A stretch of 25,130 nt of DNA, from positions 1-25,130 of the forward strand of contig CANIIN010000001.1 of NCBI GenBank assembly GCA_947467405.1, read 5' to 3'. Shown piece after piece: positions 18,796 through 25,130 of the stretch. Each line of letters opens with the position of its first letter. Within the stretch, counting starts at the first letter, position 1. The stretch is from Betaproteobacteria bacterium. GTDB lineage: Bacteria > Pseudomonadota > Gammaproteobacteria > Burkholderiales > SG8-39. The notes below the pieces were generated by a model that ran no database searches, had not been told where the DNA came from, and saw only the letters and a program-made list of their open reading frames with translations. A program made the position numbers and the translations under genes.

Positions 18796-18839
18796 GTATG
18801 AATCGGATTCTCTAAACCGCGCAAAGAGAGGCGGGCTGC

Positions 18840-19553
18840 ATGTCGGAACATATTTCCAAGCAATTTGATGCCGAACTGGAGGCCGTGCGGACCCGCGTTC
18901 TCCAGATGGGCGGACTGGTCGAGGCGCAGATCGTGAGCGCGATGGACGGTCTGGCCAACGGCGATGTCGACTTGATCGAATCCGTGATCGGCGGAGATCA
19001 CCGTGTCAACGCAATGGAAGTCGAACTCGATGAGTCATGTAGCCAGATCATCGCCAAGCGACAGCCCGCAGCCAGCGACCTGCGTCTGATCATTGCCATC
19101 ATCAAGACCATCACCGATCTGGAGCGCATCGGCGACGAGGCGGAAAAGATTGGCAGAATGGCCAAGCTGATTCATGAAGCCCAGCGCCAGAACATGCCGA
19201 ATCTGGAATTGAGGCACGTTGCCGATCTAGCCGTCGGAATGCTGCGAAAATCGCTGGATGCCTTTGCGAGACTTGATTCGAACGCGGCGTCCGCAGTAGT
19301 GCGTCAGGATGAACTGGTCGATAACGAGTTCAGGTCAATTCTTCGGCAGCTCATTACGTTCATGATGGAAGATCCGAGGACCATCACCCGCAGCCTGGAA
19401 ATTCTCTTTGTGGCGAAGGCACTGGAACGCATCGGCGATCACTCGAAGAACATGGCCGAATATGTCGTGTACATGGTGGAGGGTCGCGACGTACGGCATA
19501 TCCGTGACAACTCCCCGGCCAAGACTGTTGCCGTCGATCCACTGGCGTCCTGA
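18840..19553 (+). CDS. phoU: phosphate signalling complex protein PhoU
   Basis: Two PhoU repeats: RQPAASDLRLI...DLERIGDEA and LERIGDHSKNMAEYVVYMVEG. Confidence 0.95.
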   Translation: MSEHISKQFDAELEAVRTRVLQMGGLVEAQIVSAMDGLANGDVDLIESVIGGDHRVNAMEVELDESCSQIIAKRQPAASDLRLIIAIIKTITDLERIGDEAEKIGRMAKLIHEAQRQNMPNLELRHVADLAVGMLRKSLDAFARLDSNAASAVVRQDELVDNEFRSILRQLITFMMEDPRTITRSLEILFVAKALERIGDHSKNMAEYVVYMVEGRDVRHIRDNSPAKTVAVDPLAS

Positions 19554-19605
19554 TTGCCCCGCTCTGTGCAGGGCTCTCGGACGGTCGAGTCATGCCTGAT
19601 TGTTG

Positions 19606-19878
19606 TCAGGTGGAGGGAGGAACATATCCGGAGGCTGCATCGGCGCCACCGCCGAAGAAGTGCTTCTCCATCTGCTCGGCCAGATATTTTCTGGCCCGGC
19701 TATCAGCGAGATTGAGGCGGTTTTCATTGATGAGCATGGTCTGGTGCCGCAACCACTGTTGCCATGCCTCTTTCGAGGCGCTCTCGAAAATCCGTTTGCC
19801 CAGTTCGCCGGGATAAGGCGGGAAATCCAGCCCTTCTGCTTCCACCCCCAGCTTGATGCAATTGACCATTCTAGCCAC
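19606..19878 (-). CDS. yggX: Fe(II)-trafficking / oxidative damage protection protein (YggX family)
   Basis: [11 protein letters not shown]...[12 protein letters not shown]...[14 protein letters not shown]; 90 aa. Confidence 0.93.
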   Translation of the reverse strand: MARMVNCIKLGVEAEGLDFPPYPGELGKRIFESASKEAWQQWLRHQTMLINENRLNLADSRARKYLAEQMEKHFFGGGADAASGYVPPST

Positions 19879-19946
19879 AGATCTAACCTCCAGAATTCAG
19901 TATCGCGGATTCTATCCGGTTTCCTTCTTCATACGGCACGCTTCCG

Positions 19947-21269
19947 TCACAGGTTTCGGACCAGGACCTTGGAGCGTCTTTGCCAGTTGTAAAGCGATCG
20001 TTTCGGTTCTGGTAGAGATGAGACTCCCCCGAGGTCGAAGCCGCGTTCGATGAACCAGTGCGTCGTCAATGTGGTTAGGACGATGAGCTTCTTCATGCCA
20101 CGTGTGCGCGCCTCAGTCGATAGCGCTTCAACCAGTCGTTCGCCGTAGCCGGCCCCACGGAACTCGGGCCGTACGGCCAGTGCGGCGAGTTCGGCCGTCT
20201 TGCCTTTGGGGAACGGGTATAGCGCAGCGCATGCAACAATCACATTGTCGTGTTCGATGACGAAAAAGCGGTCAACTTCGCGCTCCAGCAGTTCCCGTCC
20301 CCTGAACACCAGCGTTCCGTCTGACTCAAGCGGCTCAATCAATTGCAATATTCCACCGACATCATCAATCGTTGCTTTCCGCAAACGTTCAACGCCGGAT
20401 TTTGTGAGAAGGCTTCCCGAACCGTCATGCGTAAACAGTTCTATGAGCAGCGCGCCGTCCGCTTGGTGTGATACAAGGTGCGCACGCGACACCCCCGCAG
20501 TAACAGCTTCGACTGCATGGGCAAGATAGAGACGTGTATCTGCGGTCAACGTATTGGATGCGGCGAGCAGATTGATAGCCTGTTCCACCGAAAGCTCGGT
20601 GATAAGTTTCATGCCCTGGTCCATGACAGGCTCATCAGTCAGGAAGATCAGCTTTTCGGCACCCAGCCCTTTTGCTGTCGCGACAGCGACGTCTTCCATT
20701 GCGCAATTAAATACCTCGCCCGTGGGCGAATAGCCTACGTTCGAGACAATAACGATATTGTTGACATCCAGGCATCCAGAGATTGCCGCGACGTCAACCT
20801 TTCTCACGGCGCCGGTGTACTGGTAATCGACCCCCTCACGAACGCCATATGGCTGAGCAGTGATGAAATTCCCGGACACCGTATTGATGGCCGCTCCAGC
20901 CATTGGGGAATTGGGCAGGCCTTGAGATAGCAGGGCGTCTATTTCGACTCGCAATACCCCGACAGCTTCCTTGACGCACTCAAGGGCCACATCGTTGGTA
21001 ATGCGAATGCCATTCTTGTACCGGGCCTTCGCGCGTCGTTGCCGCAATTGAGCTTCGATTTGCGGGCGGGAGCCATGAACAAGAACGAGCCGAATTCCTG
21101 CTGCATGCAGGAGATTGATGTCGTGCGCGAGGAACGAGAATTTCCCATCGGCCACCACTTCACCGCCGAAAGCGATGACGAAAGTCTTGCCCCTGAAAGC
21201 ATGAAAATAGGGAGCGACAGCTCTGAACCAGGTCACGAAACGTGTATCAAATCCGGTGTCTGAGTTCAT
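19947..21269 (-). CDS. argA: amino-acid N-acetyltransferase (N-acetylglutamate synthase)
   Basis: N-terminal kinase-like domain (FVIAFGGE, VLVHGSRPQI, ELFTHDGSGS) and C-terminal GNAT domain (ACAALYPF, LTTLTTHWFIERGF); 440 aa. Confidence 0.94.
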   Translation of the reverse strand: MNSDTGFDTRFVTWFRAVAPYFHAFRGKTFVIAFGGEVVADGKFSFLAHDINLLHAAGIRLVLVHGSRPQIEAQLRQRRAKARYKNGIRITNDVALECVKEAVGVLRVEIDALLSQGLPNSPMAGAAINTVSGNFITAQPYGVREGVDYQYTGAVRKVDVAAISGCLDVNNIVIVSNVGYSPTGEVFNCAMEDVAVATAKGLGAEKLIFLTDEPVMDQGMKLITELSVEQAINLLAASNTLTADTRLYLAHAVEAVTAGVSRAHLVSHQADGALLIELFTHDGSGSLLTKSGVERLRKATIDDVGGILQLIEPLESDGTLVFRGRELLEREVDRFFVIEHDNVIVACAALYPFPKGKTAELAALAVRPEFRGAGYGERLVEALSTEARTRGMKKLIVLTTLTTHWFIERGFDLGGVSSLPEPKRSLYNWQRRSKVLVRNL

Positions 21270-21390
21270 TGGGCGGTTTGTCTTGAGTATGGTTGGGCTG
21301 TTTGCGTCGATGGTGCCTGTCCGGGCTGATGCTGGGCATTCGTCCGCATTCTAGCGACAAGCTGTGCAGCTTGTCTGCGTTCTCCTTGGC

Positions 21391-22140
21391 TCAAGCGAAG
21401 TCTCCCCAAAGAACCTGAAGCGCTGCAATGGCAGCGATGGGTGCAGTCTCTGTTCGAAGCACGCGTGGCCCGAGATGAATGGATTGGAATGAATGCCGCA
21501 TTGCGGCCGCAACCTCGTGCTCGGCCAGCCCCCCTTCCGGACCGATGAGCAGCGTCACATCCAGTTGCTTTTCGTTGTCGCTCAATGACGTGCTTGCGTT
21601 CGGTGTCAGCAGCAATCTCAGGCTTCCATCAGGTCTGGCTTCGCCAATGGACCGTAGCCAGCCCTGTATGTCGGTCGGAGCCCTGACCTCGGGTACCGTA
21701 TTGCGCCCACACTGTTCGCAGGCGGCGGCCACGACATGCTGCCAATGGGCGTGTTTCCTGTCGGCGCGATCATCCCGAAGCTTGACGACACTGCGTTCGC
21801 TGCTCAACGGAACGATGGCATGTACCCCGAGTTCGGTTGCTTTCTGCAGGGTCAGATCCATGCGGTCGCCACTGGAAATGCATTGCGCCAATGTAATCCG
21901 GAGCGGTGATTCGCGGCTAACGTCAATTCGCGCACCGATTCTGACTTGAACCAGTTTGCGTGCGACCTGTGTCAAGACCGCAGCATACTCGCCACCGTCG
22001 CCACAAAAAAGCGTTACCTGATCACCTTCCCGCAATCTCAGTACGGCGACATGCCGAGCGGGTTGCTCGGGCAGGTCAAGGTCGGCTCCACTCGCGAGGG
22101 GCGCGGAAACCAGAAATCTGGGCGGGTGAGTATCGGACAT
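21391..22140 (-). CDS. rsmE: 16S rRNA m3U1498 methyltransferase
   Basis: HVAVLRL, QKATELGV, AACEQCGR, IGPEGG and LGPRVLRTETA SPOUT motifs. Confidence 0.95.
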   Translation of the reverse strand: MSDTHPPRFLVSAPLASGADLDLPEQPARHVAVLRLREGDQVTLFCGDGGEYAAVLTQVARKLVQVRIGARIDVSRESPLRITLAQCISSGDRMDLTLQKATELGVHAIVPLSSERSVVKLRDDRADRKHAHWQHVVAAACEQCGRNTVPEVRAPTDIQGWLRSIGEARPDGSLRLLLTPNASTSLSDNEKQLDVTLLIGPEGGLAEHEVAAAMRHSFQSIHLGPRVLRTETAPIAAIAALQVLWGDFA

Positions 22141-22281
22141 GATGTGCAGATTCTCCCATAGGGACCGTTTCAGGCAGGATTTCGGTCATTTTTGTTGCGT
22201 AGCGTCAAAAGCCCTCCATGCGGGGGGCAATCCTGATAAGATGCCGCCCTTCTTTTAAGCGCCCGTTCCGGCAGGTTCCCC

Positions 22282-24153
22282 TTGTCAAGTTCAGACCGTA
22301 AGATCCGCAATATCGCCATCATCGCCCACGTTGACCACGGCAAAACAACGCTCGTCGACAAGCTGCTGCAGCAAGCCGGCACGTTTGCTGCGCACCAGCA
22401 GGTTTCGGAGCGGGTCATGGACTCCAACGATCTGGAGCGTGAACGTGGCATCACGATTCTTGCCAAGAACTGCGCCGTTACGTACGAAGGCACGCACATC
22501 AATATTGTCGACACCCCGGGGCACGCCGATTTTGGTGGCGAGGTTGAGCGCGTGTTGTCGATGGTAGATAGCGTTCTGTTGCTGGTGGACGCCGTTGAAG
22601 GGCCAATGCCCCAGACGCGATTTGTCACCCGTAAGGCTTTGGCGCTCGGTCTGAAGCCGATCGTGGTTGTCAACAAGGTGGATCGACCCAGTTCACGTCC
22701 TGATTGGGTTGTGGACCATACATTCGATCTCTTCGACAAGCTTGGCGCCACTGAGGAACAACTGGACTTCCCGGTTGTTTATGCCTCGGCGCTGAACGGC
22801 TGGGCGGTGACGGATATCAAGAATGCTCCAGCAACCGCCGAAGCGGTCAAGGAAGGCGGGCACAGCATGCGTCCGTTGTTCGAGGCCATTCTCAAGTATG
22901 TACCGGTTCGCGAAGATGACGTGAATGGGCCATTGCAGTTGCAGATCTGTTCTCTGGATTACTCCAGCTATGTCGGAAAGATTGGCATAGGGCGAATTAC
23001 GCGCGGAACCGTAAAGCCCATGCAGGATGTCATGGTCATGAATGGACCGGACTCCCAGCCCATCAAGGGTCGAATCAATCAAATCCTGACATTTGAAGGC
23101 CTGGAGCGGAAGATTTCCGAAAACGCCATAGCTGGTGACATCGTCCTGATCAACGGCATTGAAGAAATTGGCATCGGTTCAACAATATGTGATCCCGAGC
23201 ACTTGGATGCCCTGCCGCTGCTCAGGGTTGATGAACCGACCCTGACCATGAATTTCATGGTGAACAGTTCTCCCTTGGCGGGGAAGGAAGGCAAATATGT
23301 GACCAGCCGCCAATTGCGCGAACGGTTGGAGCGTGAACTCAAGAGCAATGTGGCGCTAAAAGTCGAATTTACTGCGGATTCGGATACCTTCGTCGTCTCA
23401 GGGCGTGGGGAGCTGCACCTGACGATTCTGCTGGAAAACATGCGTCGCGAAGGATACGAGATGGCCGTTGGCCGGCCACGGGTTGTGATGAAGGAGATCG
23501 ATGGCGTCAGGCAGGAACCCTATGAACTGCTGACTGTCGACGTTGAAGATCCACATCAGGGTGGCGTCATGGAAGAGTTGGGACGTCGCAAGGGTGATCT
23601 TCAGGACATGCAGTCCGATGGCAAGGGGCGCGTTCGACTCGAATATCGGATTCCAGCGCGGGGGCTGATCGGCTTCCAGGGCGAGTTCCTGACTCTCACG
23701 CGTGGCACCGGACTTGCCAGCCACATTTTTGACGACTATGGCCCGATCAAAGGGGATATGGAAGAGCGCCGCAATGGCGTTCTGATCAGTCAGGACAATG
23801 GTTCTGCAGTTGCCTACGCGCTCTGGAAGTTGCAGGATCGGGGCCGCATGTTCGTCTCGCCTGGCGACGTGCTGTACGAGGGCATGGTCATCGGGATTCA
23901 CTCGCGCGACAACGACTTGATCGTCAATCCGATCAAGGGGAAGCAACTCACAAACGTTCGTTCATCGGGAACCGATGAAGCCGTGCGGCTGGTTCCGCCA
24001 ATTGAACTGACGCTTGAAAAGGCGGTGGAGTTCATTGCGGACGATGAACTGGTGGAAATCACCCCGAAGTCGATACGTATCCGCAAGCGTTACCTGCTGG
24101 AGCATGAGCGGAAGCGTGCGTCTCGATCCCCTTCTGGTGAGGCGGCGGCCTGA
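22282..24153 (+). CDS. typA: translational GTPase TypA/BipA
   Basis: [40 protein letters not shown] and [15 protein letters not shown] motifs; TTG start. Confidence 0.96.
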   Translation: MSSSDRKIRNIAIIAHVDHGKTTLVDKLLQQAGTFAAHQQVSERVMDSNDLERERGITILAKNCAVTYEGTHINIVDTPGHADFGGEVERVLSMVDSVLLLVDAVEGPMPQTRFVTRKALALGLKPIVVVNKVDRPSSRPDWVVDHTFDLFDKLGATEEQLDFPVVYASALNGWAVTDIKNAPATAEAVKEGGHSMRPLFEAILKYVPVREDDVNGPLQLQICSLDYSSYVGKIGIGRITRGTVKPMQDVMVMNGPDSQPIKGRINQILTFEGLERKISENAIAGDIVLINGIEEIGIGSTICDPEHLDALPLLRVDEPTLTMNFMVNSSPLAGKEGKYVTSRQLRERLERELKSNVALKVEFTADSDTFVVSGRGELHLTILLENMRREGYEMAVGRPRVVMKEIDGVRQEPYELLTVDVEDPHQGGVMEELGRRKGDLQDMQSDGKGRVRLEYRIPARGLIGFQGEFLTLTRGTGLASHIFDDYGPIKGDMEERRNGVLISQDNGSAVAYALWKLQDRGRMFVSPGDVLYEGMVIGIHSRDNDLIVNPIKGKQLTNVRSSGTDEAVRLVPPIELTLEKAVEFIADDELVEITPKSIRIRKRYLLEHERKRASRSPSGEAAA

Positions 24154-24203
24154 CTGTTGCGCAGTAGAGCCTTCTCAGCCTGTTGACGAGGCGGGTATCG
24201 GCT

Positions 24204-24608
24204 TCAGCGTGTGCAGGTCCAGGTGACAGGGCTGCATCCAGGACCACATTTTTTCAAGGCTTTCGTTTCGGCCTCCGCTCGCGTCGCCCCGATTGACGAC
24301 GCAAAGTCTTTCCTGCTGCTGGCCAGCGCCCCGCAGGCATTGCGAACATTCAGGATGACCTCGCAGTTGCCATGTCCGCATTGCTTGAGCGCTTCGACAC
24401 TGGCTTCGCGGGCTGTGTGGTGATTGAAGCTGAAGCCATTGCTGCCACTATCCTGATGAAACGCAATAGCACCATAATTCGGCGCAGTCTTTTTTTCTGA
24501 CTTGCCATGGGCAACAGGCATCCACGCGGCAAGCGCCAAGCCACCTGCAACCAGCAGGCACAAGGTGTAGCGAACATTTCGACGGACTTCAGTACTCATG
24601 ACAGACAC
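24204..24608 (-). CDS. exported DUF4189-like Cys-containing protein
   Basis: Signal/TM N-terminus, YGAIAF, EALKQCGHGNC...NACGALA, and an internal repeat KALKKCGPGC...WTC; start at 24608 or 24599. Confidence 0.72.
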   Translation of the reverse strand: MSVMSTEVRRNVRYTLCLLVAGGLALAAWMPVAHGKSEKKTAPNYGAIAFHQDSGSNGFSFNHHTAREASVEALKQCGHGNCEVILNVRNACGALASSRKDFASSIGATRAEAETKALKKCGPGCSPVTWTCTR

Positions 24609-24716
24609 TTTATCGTCTGGATTGGGTATTTGAAAAGGGGGGGAAGCCTCCGTGTTCCAAATTCGCTTGTCAGGGCTGGGCGGCGCGCAGACAATTCACG
24701 CTTTTCGGGCATATCC

Positions 24717-25130
24717 ATGAAAAACAATATAGTCGTCAGAAAAGGGCCTCGCTTCGTTGTCCGCCAATCCGGAATTCACGGGAGGGGTGTGTTCGCTCGT
24801 TTGCCGATTAACGAGGATGACACCGTCATCGAGTACAAGGGCGAGATCATCTCGGAGGACGAGATCGAGCGCCGCTACCCGGAGGATCTTGAAGGGTTGA
24901 ACCACACGTTTGTATTCGGTGTTGAACACGACTACAACATCGATGGTGGTTCGCTGGGCAATGCCGCACGCTGGATCAATCACTCATGCGAACCGAACTG
25001 TGACACTTATGAGGAAAACAAACGCATTTTTATCAGGGCGGCGCGCCGAATACGCGCTGGTGAAGAACTGACTTATGACTATGCCATCGAGGCAGGTGAA
25101 CCGCTTACCAAGGCACTGAAAAAACGTTGG
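24717..25130 (+). CDS. SET-domain protein (putative lysine methyltransferase), truncated by the window edge
   Basis: Not in the ORF track because it has no stop in the window. Manual translation from ATG 24717: MKNNIVVRKGPRFVVRQSGIHGRGVFA...VIEYKGE...IDGGSLGNAARWINHSCEPNC...IRAGEELTYDY, which contains the SET signature motifs. Confidence 0.92.
   Translation, partial: MKNNIVVRKGPRFVVRQSGIHGRGVFARLPINEDDTVIEYKGEIISEDEIERRYPEDLEGLNHTFVFGVEHDYNIDGGSLGNAARWINHSCEPNCDTYEENKRIFIRAARRIRAGEELTYDYAIEAGEPLTKALKKRW

Noticed and set aside
1-25130. CRISPR arrays, IS elements, prophage, tRNA/rRNA or a horizontally acquired island
   Set aside because: I saw no regularly spaced repeats, transposase, integrase, cloverleaf or evident compositional shift; nearly all coding space is explained by core genes.

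Overview
This is a housekeeping region of a betaproteobacterium-like chromosome, inferred from gene content, the lipoyl-bearing LpdA and gene order. Gene order: uppP, rhodanese (-), glnA, secreted DUF4124-like protein, glnL/ntrB, glnG/ntrC, malate synthase aceB, xth (-), DUF4124+glutaredoxin-like protein (-), prlC (-), aceE-aceF-lpdA-rpiA, phoU, Fe(II)-trafficking yggX (-), argA (-), rsmE (-), typA, DUF4189-like protein (-), and a SET-domain gene that runs off the right edge. I found no rRNA, tRNA, CRISPR array, IS element, phage gene or evident foreign island, and I cannot support a new multi-gene system here. The clearest anomaly is a single in-frame TGA at 2262-2264 in an otherwise intact glnA, at a conserved Trp position. 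Other leads are a readable NtrC/sigma54 enhancer-promoter, a Pho-box-like promoter before a solitary phoU, three candidate operator palindromes, two structured intergenic regions and several uncharacterised exported proteins. All family assignments come from motif recognition by eye; no database search was run.
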